Assembly (NCBI GenBank): GCA_050273025.1
Contig: CP158636.1
Location: forward strand, 7,130,001-7,194,000
DNA: 64,000 bases
Source: Cenococcum geophilum
Lineage: Eukaryota
Direction: 5' to 3'
The position numbers and the translations under genes are program-made. The notes below the pieces were generated by a model. It did not search any database, was not told the DNA's origin, and saw nothing but the letters and a program-made list of their open reading frames with translations. Below, piece by piece: positions 37,125 through 51,300 of this stretch. Each line of letters starts with the position of its first letter. Position 1 is the stretch's first letter.

Positions 37125-40100
37125 TGTATAATTACAGCACCTATTGTACTAACTATGTGCTTACGCGTTTGATACACCAAGTACGCGTTTACGCATTCGG
37201 TATACCCACTCGCTTACGCGTCTGGTGCACTCCTGAAACACTAGCTAGTTAAGGGGGAGGTGCGTTAGTATATAGACCACATAGCCCACCTTAATAGAAC
37301 CGACAGTCACCACTGTCTAAATAAGCATACAATACTATACGTATTTCATACCCCTAGACACAACTCACTTATACTATTAAATTGGTACCAATACTAATCA
37401 GTAAGCGCGCACAGATTAGGAGATACGCACTTGCTTAAAAGACGTCCAACGCTCTACCTTACAAGCCCCTATTTCAGTTAAAGAGAATTAAAGTACTCTA
37501 GATTTAGAAGACGTCTAACGCTCCACCTTACCTAAAATTACCTTAAATCTACCCTAGTTTTAGAAGACGTTTACGCTCTACCTTAATTAGAGATATTAAC
37601 CACTATACTAGTAGTTAACGCGACCACGTTAAGAATATAATTATACTAAGAACGCGACCACCATACCCTACTAAAATACCCTAGCCTCCTCTCTAACCCC
37701 TTATAGAGACCTCTTACCCTTTTACAAACCGTTACGGACCCGTTAATTACTTTTACGGACCGTTACGGAGACCTCTTACCCTCTTACGAACTACTATAGA
37801 CCTATTAAGACCCTACAGAGACCCCCTTACCCTTCTACAAACCGTTATAGGCCCGTTAACCGATTTTACGGACCCTTATAAGACCTCTTCTACCCACTAC
37901 GCACCACACTACACTATATAGTATGGCAGATATCAGTAAGCAGGTTAATAAAGGTCAAAAGAAGTAAAGATAAGGAGTCAACGTTACGTCTATAGATGAC
38001 GTTAATAACTATATTAAATTTAAAATCCTTAAATACGAATACTTTAAGCTTATAAACGTTAACCTATAAGAGTAATACTAGAAAGACTTTACGGACTTTA
38101 TGGAAGCCATCTTTAAGAAATACAACCCTACTACTATCCGCAATCTACGGACCCTTTTACATAACTAAGGCGTATAGGTTAAAAGGAATAAACAGGTCAC
38201 TATTGTACGGTTCTTATATAATATAATATATAAGGAGGACCGAATGGAATGGACTAAGGAAGAAATCCTAGACGAGTATAATACTACTAAGGAACTCTTT
38301 ACTTCTTCCAAACTTAATATAATCGCTAGCCTTATACCTAACCCTCTTAACCAAATTCGTCCTACAAACCTAAGTAGTTTTAGAATTAATCTTACTGGCC
38401 AAAGTACACCTAGTACTTATATTATAGACCATAATACCCCTGTAACCCAAATTACGGACTATAATACCCCCACAAACTAAAATATAGACTAAACCCCTCC
38501 CATTGTTTAAACTATAGATCCGTAACCTATATATCCGCAACCTATAAATCCGCAAGCTATAAACCCGTAAACTACTTAAGTAAAGACCTATGGTAAGGAG
38601 CTAGCTAACCTAGCTAAGCTCTACACCGACAAATCTAAGTATAGCAGTAAAAATGATAACTTTAACTTTAAACTAACTATTTTTACAGACCTCTGTTAGA
38701 AGGCCAATATTCCTAAATAAGAGTTTAGCTAAGCCTACTCTACCATACTGCGCGGCCTAGCACTTAACCACTACTACACTAACCTTAAGAGTAACCCCCT
38801 TAGTGTTCCCTTTAATAAGCTATATAAAGCTATACGCAACTACTTTAAAGGACCAGAATATAGGCGTAATATCCTTACCTAATAAAATGCGACCAAGTTA
38901 TAGACCGTAATGGACAAGAATACTAAAAAATTAACTATAGAGTGCCTACAAATCCTTATTAAAGACCTCCGCCACCTACAGCACGGTCTTAATATTAAGC
39001 TTTGAACGGACGACTTCTTGCATAATAAACTAATTACGGCCTACTAGGAAATGGAACCCTATAAATACGCCTATTATAAGCCCGCAGACACCATAGCTGG
39101 CCTTATTAACAATTTACAGTCCTCTATTACAACGTATAAAGCCTTAAACCCGCCAGGTAGTATTTAAGCTTTTATTATAGACCTGCAAAATCCGCAACCT
39201 AATTCAGATACCTACTTTACGGACCGCTGATACCGCTAGCAGTATCCGCATCGACCAGGTTCTACCCGCAACCTCCACAATAACTCCTGTACAAAAGTAT
39301 ACCCCCGTAGACGAACCAGTCAGAAGTGCTTTATATACGGTAAGGAAGGATATTAGTCTATAAGGTATACCCAGGAAGAACGTAATAAGTTTAGGAAGAG
39401 ACTTAATAACCGGATTAACTAGTTTATTTTAGAATATAAAGGAAAGAGCCCCCTAATAAGTCAATAGAAGCCCTTATAATTAACTTTAACTTAGACGCTT
39501 AGGAATAGGAGACCTTAGAAATATTCCTAACTACTTTTAGACCTTTTATAGACAGTTAAGCCTTTAATACTATAACTATATTAGCCGACCGCTCCTTTAT
39601 ACACTTAATTACACCTAAAAACTGGCCCATAAGTATACCCGTTAGACCCGTTACGGACGTTACAAACTATAAATAGGACCTATTTGCATATATTACTATA
39701 GAACGCTATACCCCTAAAGAATTCTATAGCGTTATAATCAATATAGGTACCTCTAAGAAGTCTACTATAGATTATAGACAATACCTTATATATAAGACTA
39801 CCGTAAATTATAATACGGATATTAATACTATGCAAGCTAGGGCTATAAACGTCCAATTTAGCATTAGTTTAACCGCATTAATTAGATTAGTTATAGTTAA
39901 GACCCTAATTAGCCTAGTTAACTTCCACATAGTAAAAGCGGACACCCCTTTTCTACTCTATCTTATAGATATAAATAGGTTACAGGTCTACTATAATAAT
40001 ATTATAAACACTTTAACTAGCCCCGCAACTGCCCTAGGAAGCAAGTATATTACCCTACTAATTACACAATAATTTAGACACCCGTTCCTTATATAGGGAG

Positions 40101-43100
40101 AGACTTTACAAACCTACATTTAGGAATCTTTTAACTATAACCCGTGCTACCTTACTAGTACTAAAATCCACCATTTACACCGCCGTTTCAGCCACCTATT
40201 AGCCGAAAAGCAATATAGAGTTCTTAAACGCTCTAAATATAACAACGTTAATAGGAAGGTAATCAACCACCTAACTAAATACTACTCTTTTTGCCAGAAA
40301 TACGGACGTTCCCTAGGCAGATTCAAGTTCACCCTTTATAAGGACCTTAACTTCAACCACTCAATATATGTGGATATTATATACATTAACGGCAGTCCAG
40401 TATTATATATAGTTGACGAGGCAACCTACTATTAAGCCGCCCGTTAGTTGCAAAATATATCCATAAAATATACTTAGGATATTTTACGGACCTACTAGAT
40501 TAACATATACCTTAAACCCCCTAAGTATATCACCCATAACGCTAATAGGAACTTTATTAGTAAGGAATTCTAATAGTATGCTACGGCCATAGCTATTTTA
40601 ATAAAAGCCGTTCTAGTTAAGGCGTATTAGTCTATTAGACTTATTAAGCGAGCTTACCTAGCTTTACAGAGAGCTTACTAGATTATTATAGATAAGTATA
40701 AGAATATTTAAAAAAAACTAGCTTTATAAATGGCCGTAAAAGCCGTTAATAATATCACTGGCCCTAACGGACTAATACCTACCCTTTTAGTCTACGGAGC
40801 CTACCTAAGGATAAGCAAACTGGACCCTTCTACCCCGTCCATTACGGATTAAGCAGCTATAATACAGAAGGCAATAGCTAAAATAGTTAAATTACGGGCC
40901 AAATAAACTATTAATAACGCTCTATACTACCGCAACGGACCTAATATAACCCCAGTATATAACCTCCCACTTAACTCTAAAGTCCTTATATAGCGTAAAA
41001 GCAGTAATTAGACTAGACCTTACCGTCTACTAGCCATAAAAGACAAGACCTACTATATATAGCTCCCTAGCAGACCGATAAGCTTTAGAAGCACGTCCAT
41101 AAAACCCTATTTTCAGTCCGAAAACATCTATAACGTCAAGCTAGACAAACCAGAAGTACCCGCCGAATTAAATAAACTAAAAGCACCTTTACCTACCCTA
41201 AAGGTCCCCTAGAAACCTAATAAACCTATAAAACCTACTATAAAGCGTAGCCAAGGACACCCCCGTAAGAACCCCATAATAGAAAATCACCTAACCTCTA
41301 TAGGCATATCCGTAAAGTAATCTCCACCTATAAATATATTAGTTCTAGTACAGGAAACCCCTTTTACAGACTTATAACATAAAGAGATTAACGGACTACT
41401 TAAGAAGGGTATCTTTGCAGTTGTAACGGAGAGAGATGTTCCGCAAGGCGTCCGTATATTTAACTTACGCTTTATTAACAAAATTAAGCACCCTAGTACT
41501 AACAAAGCCTTTGAAAAGTTAAGGCTCGTTATATAAGCTTATAATAACTAAAGAAAGGACCTTATCTTTATACAATCGCCTATAATTTAATAGGTTAGTT
41601 AACGGATTATACTTACGCTTACGCTGGGACTACAGCAAACTAAACCCATAGCCCTTTACTTACGGGACATCTCGCAAGCCTATATGCAGTCCAATATCTA
41701 CCTAAGTAGGGATATCTTTATACGGCCACCGTTTAAGCTTAATCTGCAACTAGGAACAATTTTATAGGTTATAAAACCACTTTATGGAGTACTAGAAGCT
41801 AGAAACTACTAGTTTAAGACGTATTACTAGCACCATATTAGTAAACTTAAGATAAAGCAGTTAACCTATAACCCTTGCCTCCTATATACCCTATTAAACG
41901 GCCTTAGCATTATTAAACTCTAAACGGATAATACCCTCTTTTTAGTAGACCAAACTTTTGTAGATATAGAAGAGACTAAACTATAAGAAGCTAAGTTCCT
42001 AGTAAAGCCATAAAAGTAGTTAACTAAGCGGACTCTAATTAAGTTTAACGGAGGCTTAATTATATAAAAGGGCAACTTAATCTAGCTAACTTAGGAAAGC
42101 TAAGCTTAAAACCTAAAGCCTATTACAGCAAAGCCTACGGACCTTACTAGTTCCCGCGGAGAGACCTATAAAACCGTAAATATAAAGGACTAATACGCTA
42201 TACAGCGTGCAAGAGGTGCCTATATCGCCATAGTCTGTTAACCCGAATCTACCTATGACTTATCCTTTATGGCCTAGGTAGTAGATCCGCAAGAAGAAAA
42301 TATTAAGTAGCTTAATAAGCGCATCTAATGGCAAATTAATAATGCAATAAGAGGACTTACTTTTGTACCGCTAGACCTAAATTCTATTAGCGTAATAGTA
42401 TTTACAGATGCCTCCTTTACCAATAATAGGGACCTATTATTGTAAATCGGCTTTATAATTATACTTATAGACTATAACTAAGACGCAAATATACTGCATT
42501 GGTCTTTAATTAAATGTAAATAAGTAACCCGCAGTGTACTAGCTTCTAAACTATATGCACTAGCCTATGGCTTTAATATAGCAGCCGTAATCAAATCAAC
42601 GATCTAGAAGATCCTATAATTAAAGCAGCTACCCCTAGTTTTATATACCGATTTAAAGTCTCTCTATAACTGCCTAGTTAAGCTAGGTACGACATAGGAG
42701 AAGAGACTCATGGTTGACCTAATGTGCTTACGTTAGGCTTATAAATGACGTAAGATTATAGAGGTTAAATAGATCACTAGCGGAGATAACCCAGCAGACG
42801 CCATAACTAAGGTAAAGCCGTGTCAAGCTTTTAAGACCCTAATTAACATAAATAAACTTAACCTAAAAGTTATAAAATGGGTAGAGCGAGACTAACGGAG
42901 TATTTATGGTTTAGTTACGGCTCGCTAAAAGGCCGTACGGTTTATTTATGGCCCGTTAAAAGGCTATATAGTTTATTTACGGCCCGTTAAAAGGCTGTAT
43001 AGTTTATTTTACAGACCATAAAGTAGGGCCTATAGCTAGCTTGGGGCACCGTTTAGAAGGCAGCCCAGAGGGCACCTCGGGAGGGATTTCCTATGTATTT

Positions 43101-43446
43101 TCTTACCCCTTTTATGGTTCTATTAAGGCAATTACGGAGGCTATACATAAGTGGTTCCATTTTCCAAGTACCGCTAGTGTATAATTACAGCACCTGTTGT
43201 ACTAACCACGTGCTTACGCGTTTAATACACCAAGTACGCGTTTACGCGTTTAATATACCTACTCGCTTACGCATCTAGTACACTCCTGAAACACTAGCTA
43301 GTTAGGGGGGAGGTGCGTTAGTATATAGACCACGTAGCCCACCTTAATAGAACCGACAGTCACCACCGTCTAAATAAGCATACGATACTATACGTATTTC
43401 GTGCCCCTAGACACGACTCACTTATACCATTAAATTGGTACCAACA
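37125..43446 (+). mobile_element. Full-length Ty1/Copia element F (GalEa-like), 6322 bp
   Basis: 269-bp LTRs 37125-37393 and 43178-43446. TSD GAGAT. gag-PR-IN (LHRRF(G)H ~40175)-RT-RH. Inserted in the C2 integrase. Confidence 0.95.
42900..43015 (+). repeat. ~31-bp tandem repeat (3-4 copies) in the 3' UTR of element F
   Basis: GGCCCGTTAAAAGGCTRTATAGTTTATTTAC-like units. Confidence 0.75.
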
Positions 43447-46400
43447 GAGATAGTAAAGAATTATTAGTTATTTAAGGGTAAGCGCTAAAGACTAGTAATA
43501 TAGGTATAAGCCTATCTAGGCTAGCGGAATTGTTAATAGCCTTAATAGCTATTTATAAGGTAAGTTCTTTACTAGCATTCTTTAGTTTTAAAGAAATAAT
43601 CTTATATATATGGCGTAATAGCGCGTAATATTGCTTTATTTTTTTAATACTATTATATACCTTAACGGGGACTTCCTTAACCTTAATTGCCATTGCCTTT
43701 ATCTATTATTAAAACTCTATAGATAAGAAGTTTTTTTCTATATTATAGATAATTTAATTAGGGGTTTTTAAATAGATATTAATCTAGTATAACTAAAGGG
43801 TATCCTATGCGTTTTTGGCTAATATATCTTTTAAAAAACGCGCGGCTTAAAAGAAGGTTAAGAAGTTAATAACTTAAAGCACTAGCTTACCGCTAAAATA
43901 TATAACGTTAATAATAATATAGAAGTTAAAGTTATAGTTATTCTTAAGGTTAAACTTAAATCGGCTAGGGGACTTCTGGTTTATTTAGTAGTAATAGTAG
44001 TACTTTATAAGATACTTAATTGCCTTAACCTTAACTTTATAGCCTACTTACTAAAGAACCCTAAGCAATTAATAAACGGATAGGTAGCTAAAATAATAGT
44101 ATAGTTGGCGTAATTCTAACTTAATTAAGTGGCTTTAAGCAATACTCTTTTCTAGTTAATAAAGGAGTAACTAGGGGTAACCCTACTTGCGTATAATAGG
44201 TACCTAATTATCTCCCTAAATAAGTATATTCTTAAGGTTATTAAGCCTAACGCCTAACTTATTTATATCTTTAATACAAAATAGAAACGGAGTGTTTATA
44301 AGAATAATATGGAAAGTAATGTATCCTAAGGGGGTTTAGACCCTAATTATACTAAAAGAGATTATAGTACCTTTACTAAAGCAAATTGTATATTGGCCTA
44401 CCGTTAATTAGTTAATCTAAATAGAGCTATTAAGCTACTAAAGAGCTTAAACTTAAGGTTCTCCTACTATAGATACTTCTGCGGCTCCTATATCTAGTAT
44501 AATACTATAAAAGATATACGCCGAGTATCTATTATTAAAGGAAAACGCAGAACTCTTCTTTAGCTTATTAAAGATATTTGATTTTATAATAGAATAGAGC
44601 GTAAATTAGTTGTTAAGAATAGCGACGGTTTATATACTATCTACCTTACTATACTTAGTAAAGTATTAGTCTGGAGAGTAGTTCTTAATTTCTATATCTA
44701 TAAGGAGCTATTTAACCCTATTACCCTTACCCTTAAGATCTTCTATGCCTTTATATTAAATTAGGAAGCTTTAGAAGTAGGCCATAGTAACCTTATAGCT
44801 TTTAACATTTTTTATACTCTAACGAAACTTATTATATGCCTCCTTTTGCTTATTAAGGAAGTGTCTAGTTAACTAGTAATTTAGCTTCTTATAAATATAG
44901 CACTTTTTTTAGTAATTACTTTAAAATAAACCTCTATAAGGACCTCTATAATTACCTTATAGTTAATATTAATTATACCTTCTTCCGTATTCCCTACTAC
45001 GGCCGCTATATATTTAGTTAGTCTAGTTATAATTATATTAGTTAGGAACGTTTAGTTAGGTAGGGCTTTCGGTATAAAAGTATTAAGATTCTTATATTTA
45101 TATTATAGTACCTATAGTAGAGCGTAGCTTAGCATATACTCCTTTAAATATATTTATAGGTTTATATAGCGCTAAATTACACTTAGGAACGCTACGGTAG
45201 GCTAAGATAACCTAGTCCCTTAGGCTATTCTTATTTTAGTAAGTTTTAGTAAGGCCACGTTAGATTTTCTAAAGTTTATTAAAGAGTAGTTAAAGGCACT
45301 CTAAATAAGTCTTTATTAGGTTAAAAGCAATAACTCTCTAAAATATACTTTCCCGCCATTCGGACATATAAAGTTGGCAATTCTTATTAGGCTTAAAGTA
45401 AGCTCTAATAAGCCAAAGCATTATATTAAAGCTATAGTTTTTACTTATAATATAGTCGTAATAGAATATTATTACCCGTCCTTTTAATATAATAGAGAAA
45501 GCGTAGTAGTACTAGTAGCCTTAAATTCTAACCTTATTATAACAGTTATAGAAGACCTATAGTTTTGCTCCAAGTATATTATATAGTTCTCCTTTAAACT
45601 TCTTTTCTTCGTCCAAATATACCTTTATTAGATTTATAACTTCTTATAGTAAAGGCTTACCGGTTAGCTGGGATAGAAGAAGTAACGGAATAGTACCTCT
45701 AGGTAGGAGAGCACCTTCTAGTAGGAGAGTACCTTTAGGTAGGGGATTAGCGTTCTAGGGGTTTTAATATAAATTAAAGTTGCCTTCTAAAGAATATAGG
45801 TTGGTTTTAGGTTTCTATAGTTAACGTATAATCTTAGCTTCCGTCTATACTAGTTCTTCTATACTAATAATAATGGCCTAAATATTATTAGCAATTGGGT
45901 TACCGTTCTTAGTAATATATACCCTATTTCTATAGAGGAAGTCTTAAAAATTCTAAACAATATTAACGTTACTAAGTGCCTAGGTATTAGCAGTCCATCC
46001 TATAAAATACTCCCTAAAATACTCCTACAGTTATAAATCGGCGTAGTATCTATTTTAGTAGAATATAATATAGTATAAAAGAAAGCCGTTAACTTATTTT
46101 ATGGTATAAGTTATTATATTAAAGGCGAATTTATCCTAATTTTTATTAATAAGTTTCGCATGCTTAGCTACCCCTAATAGTAGGAAGTCTTTTTAGTTAT
46201 TTAGCGTAGCCATACTTTTAGAGAAAGGAAAGTGTTATTAGTATAGGGATTGTTATTTAGTACGCGTTTGTGATATATATTTACGATTATAGGGCTTAGG
46301 ACTAGTTCTAGCCTTAAATTATAAAAACTTATAATATGTGTTATTCTACGTAATAGATATAAGAATCTATAATCTAAGGAAGGCTTAGGACCAGTTCTAG

Positions 46401-48370
46401 CCTTTAAATCCTTAGATTTATAAAAGAGTTCTATTTAAGGTTTAGGACTAGTTCTAACCTTAAAAGATAGCTTCCTCTAGTATAAGTAGCACTAGTATAG
46501 TAGCTTATCTCTTCTTAGTAAAAGACCTAGCTGTTCTATAGTATAACAGTAAAGTTAACTATTAATTAGTATTGGTGTTATAAGGTAATATTACGTATCT
46601 ATAAGTTATAGGTAGTATAATGGTTGTTATTCTTATATCTAAGGGAAAGGGTAAGGAACTTAAGGTTCCTTATTACGCTGGTGCCGCGGCGTCACGTGAC
46701 GGCAATTTGCCCTATGTAACGGCAACTTATCTAACTTAACGGCAACTTGCCTTATTCCCAATAGTAAGTAAGGAGGATTAATATTTATTACGCTAGTTAA
46801 GTAGTATTTATATATAGATGGTAACTATAAAAAAAGAGTTGCTAGTGTCGGGAATAAGGCAAGCGGTTATTACGTAACGCCGCGGCACTAGTGTAGCGAG
46901 GAGTCTTAAGCTCCTCGCCCTTTCTCACTCTAATAAATAAGCTTTATTAACCATCATCACTATAACCTACTTAAGTAGTTGTTATTAGTGAGTTACTCTA
47001 TATAACCAATAATAAGTAAGTTTTATAATTATTATATTAATTAGTTAGGCTTCTAATTAAGTTTGCTAGGTTAGTATATAATCTTAAAGTTAAATTATAA
47101 AAGGTATTCGGCCTAACAAATTTGGCGTTGCGTTAATTGCTTTATAATTATAGTACTATAGGTTTTTATAGTCCGTTAATATATATATTAGGAATAATAA
47201 TCCTTTAAGTTTTAGACGCTATTATTTAAAGCATCTAATAATTATAAGCAGTTCCTTATTATATATTTTATAGTTTAATTTAGTAGAAGTAAGTTTTTAG
47301 GAAAGAAAGGCTACTAGGCGCAGCTCGCTGTTCTTATTATATTACGATAACACTTTTTCTAGTATATAATTAGACAAGTCTATTTTAATAATATATTTAA
47401 GGTTTAGATTAAAGTAGGTAAGAATTAAAGTAGTTATAAAACGGTATTTTAGGTTGTTAAAAGCTTATTTATATTTAATAATCTATTTAAATCCTATATT
47501 TTTCCTTATTAAGTTTACTAATAGCTAAATAATTTTTAAAAAGTAATTAATAAATTAATAATAAAAATTTGCAAATCCTAGAAATCTTTAAATATCTTAT
47601 ATACTACTAGGACTTTCCCAGTTTATAATTACAGCAATTTTCTTAGGGTCTATTTTAATTCTATTACGGGATATAATTAAGCCTAAGTACGTAACTTTAG
47701 ATATATAAAACTTATATTTCTTAATATCGCATTATAAGCCCGCGTCTTATAGGCGTTTAAGGACTACTTAGACGTACTTCTAATACTTAAAAAGCGAAGA
47801 TAAATAGATTAAGATATTATTAATATACGCGGTAATAAATATATTAAGAAATTTGTAAAGTATATTGTTAATATATTACTAAAACGTACTAGGACCGTTC
47901 TTTACACTAAATAGCATTACTAGGTATTTAAAAAGTCCCTATTATATATAGAAAGCTATATACTTCTTATCTCCTTTATAAATACGGATTTAATTAAAGG
48001 TAGTAACTACGTTAAGCTTTATAAAGTATTATACTTTTACTAAGCGGTTAAGCGTTTCTTAAAGTAAAGGAATTAGATATTAGTTTTAAATTATAATTAT
48101 ATTTAGGGCTTAATAATTAATATAGAACCTTAAGCCTTTTCTAGGTTTTTTAATAAATAGTATAGGTAAGGTAAATAGTAATTAACTAGGGCGAATAAAT
48201 CATTTCTTTAGGTGCTCTTTAAGGTATTATTGTATTATAAGTAGCTCTTCTTACAACATACCGTATAACGGGCCAAACTTTATTATTATACTAGGTTTAA
48301 GTTCTATCTTAAAATTATACTTATTTTAATATAGGGGTAATTAGTTTATAAATTATTTCTTAAACGTATT

Positions 48371-51300
48371 TGTAGCTAGAATATATTGCATTGCAATAGG
48401 AGGCAAATTGCCGCCACGTGTGGCAAGTTGCCGTTACGTAACGCAAGTTGCCGTTATGTGTTACCGCGGCACTAGCGTGGTAAGGAACCTTAAGTTCCTT
48501 ACCCTTCTTTATATTAAAAGACAATATCTATCTACAACACCGTATAGTATATATTATTGTAATATATATATTCTACACGTTATTAAAGTATACTAACACT
48601 AATTAGTAAGCGCGTATAGATTAGGAAACACGCAGATAGCTTAGAAGACAGTTATACTATCCACCTTACAGCAGATTAGAAGATAGTTATACTCATCTAC
48701 CTTTCGTATTAGCCTATTTTAGTTAAAGAGAAGAAGAGAAACTACTTAGGAGTACTTATTTAGTATCTACAACGACTTCTAAATATCTCATTCTATCTAT
48801 TTTAAAAAACTACTGCGCAGAGCACTTTACCCTACTTAATCAACTTAAACCATCCCCTTAACCGTCTTCTTAACCGCCTCCTTAGCCGCCTCCTTAACCG
48901 TTCCCCTACCTTTACCTTTTGAACACCCTTACCTTCACCCTTACTTACCTAAATAATATATAATAAACAAGATATTAGGAATAGAGAAAGACTAGGAGGA
49001 AGAAGTAGCTAAATAGGAAAATAGGATTAATCTAATAGAAGCCTCTAAAGATAAACTAACTAACTACCTATAATGCAAGATATACCTATACACAGAGATA
49101 TATAACTAGCTTAACTTAATACTCTAGGAATCGTTCTAGGGAGATTTTAAAGACTTTACAGTTAATATCTTTACGTAAATCCCCTTAAACTAGCTTTAGC
49201 AACTATATAACTACCTAAATATTAAAGGAGTATAGGTTAATATTAACCATAAATGAAATAAAACACTCCCTTAGTCTTTATATAATATAGTATAAAAAAA
49301 AGACTAAACTAAATAGAATAAAGAGATAATTAAATTAGCCAATAATAAGTATAGACCAACGCTATTAAGATTAATTAAGGTATATATAATAGAGGGTACC
49401 TTAGAGGAGTAATAATAAGCTAAAGCTACCGCAACCTAACTAACTAGTACACTAACTACCTCTACCTTTACACCATCTATTATACCTCAATCTATAACTA
49501 TATCCACTTTTACACTATCTACTACGCCTTAACCTGCAATAATAATATAGCAACTCCACGTATAATTTATAGATAAGGAGAACCACCCTATTACTATAAC
49601 TGGCTATAGTAAGGAAATTATAAATGCAGCTAAGATATATATAGAGGAACAGAAATATAGTAGCATAAACAAAAGCCTTAACTACAAATTAATAATATTT
49701 TATGACATCTGCAATTAAGCGGACGTACCCTAAAAAGCCTACCTTAAGGCATTCCCTACTATGCTAAAAGGACTAGCTTTAGACCACTTCTATATAAACT
49801 AACTATCCCGCCTACTATTTACTAAAGCTTATAAGTACCTTTAGAATTTCTTTAAAGGACTAGGATTTTAACGCAAGAACCTAAATAAGTAAAACACTAT
49901 TATACTTATAATAGTAATAGCAGGAAACATAGACAAGTCAATAAGTAAATATCTCCAATTATTAATCTACAGACTTCATTAACTATAGCATGGCCTTAAA
50001 CCTACCTTATAAACTATAGACTTCCTTTATAATAAAATCATCACTTCTTGCTAGGGAATACTAGTATATAGATATATAGTCTCTAACCCACCGGACAACC
50101 TTAGAGCCCTTATTAATAAACTTTAATCGTCTATTACAGCATATAAGAAAGAGCATATAGAGAAAATATAAGCCTTCTTTACAGACCGACGGTTCTATAA
50201 AAGAGATAATAACTATAACCGTAGCAACCGTAACAACCCTCTGTATAACCGCAACTAAAAGAAACTACATTGCTTTATATGTAATAGGGAAGGATATTAC
50301 TTATAAAGATATACTAAGGAGGAGCAAGAAGAGTCTAAAGCTAAGTTTAGAACTGCTAATAGAGACAGGTTTAGCAAATTTAACAACCGATTTAAGAAAT
50401 AACTTAACTAATATATTATAGATTACAAGGATAACGATACTAACTCAGAAGAAGAGCTTAAGGAAGCTTTTTAAGCACTAACTATTAATATAAGTTATAA
50501 GGCAACTAACAAGAACTTATAACTAAATATTAATTACTACTATACCTCCCTCGGCTAAGTAGAATAGCAGAAAGCAATTTCTATAGCTGCCACCCTAGCT
50601 AATAAAGCCTTTAGCCATTTGGTTACAACTATAAACAATATAATACCTCTTATAACCAACTAAGACCCCTTTACCTACAATACAACCACATCTATATCCC
50701 GCTATACTGTAGACAAGTTTATAGGTATAATAATTAACACAAAAGCATCTAAATAATCCATAGTAGGATATAGCCAATTCTTGGCATTCTAAAGACTTAA
50801 TACTAATGTATAGCTTAATACCACTACACAAGGCATAGTTAACGTATAGTTCGGCATCGGATTAACCTCATTAATTAAATTAGCTAAAGTAATTACCCTA
50901 ATTAGCATAATCGAGTTTTATATTATTAAGGTTAACACCCTATTTTTACTTTACTTAGCAGATATAGATTACCTATAAGTGTACTATAACAACCTAAAAA
51001 ATATACTAATCACCCCTCGGAGTAAAGTACCCGTTGTATATCACTTTGGCCACCCTTTCCTACTTTAGAACACATCCCTATATACTTATTTAACTAAGTC
51101 ATTTAAATAAAACCCCTACTACCTTACTGACGTAGAATTAAAGCGACTATATCGCTGTTTTAGCCACCCTTTAGCTAAGCATCTTGTATAAATACTTAAA
51201 CACTTAGGGCATAATGTTAACAGCAAGACCTTAAATTATCTCATACGCTACTACCACCATTATTAAAAATATAAAAAGTCGCCTAGTAGATTCAGATTTA

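Larger units (their letters stand above)
34585..46763 (-). mobile_element. Ty1/Copia element C2, inserted antisense in C1 and interrupted by F
   Basis: 194-bp LTRs 34585-34778 (3') and 46570-46763 (5'). TSD GTAAG. PPT (rc) at 34779-34795. pol is the reverse complement of C1 pol. Confidence 0.93.
28786..47011 (+). mobile_element. Ty1/Copia element C1 (GalEa-like), interrupted in its 3' UTR by C2
   Basis: 166-bp LTRs 28786-28951 and 46846-47011. TSD ATAAG. gag knuckle CYVCKKPN(C)(W).TRH at 30831-30872; PR D(T)GA ~31238; IN, RT and RH end at ~34380. The remaining 3' UTR is at 46769-46845. Confidence 0.93.
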
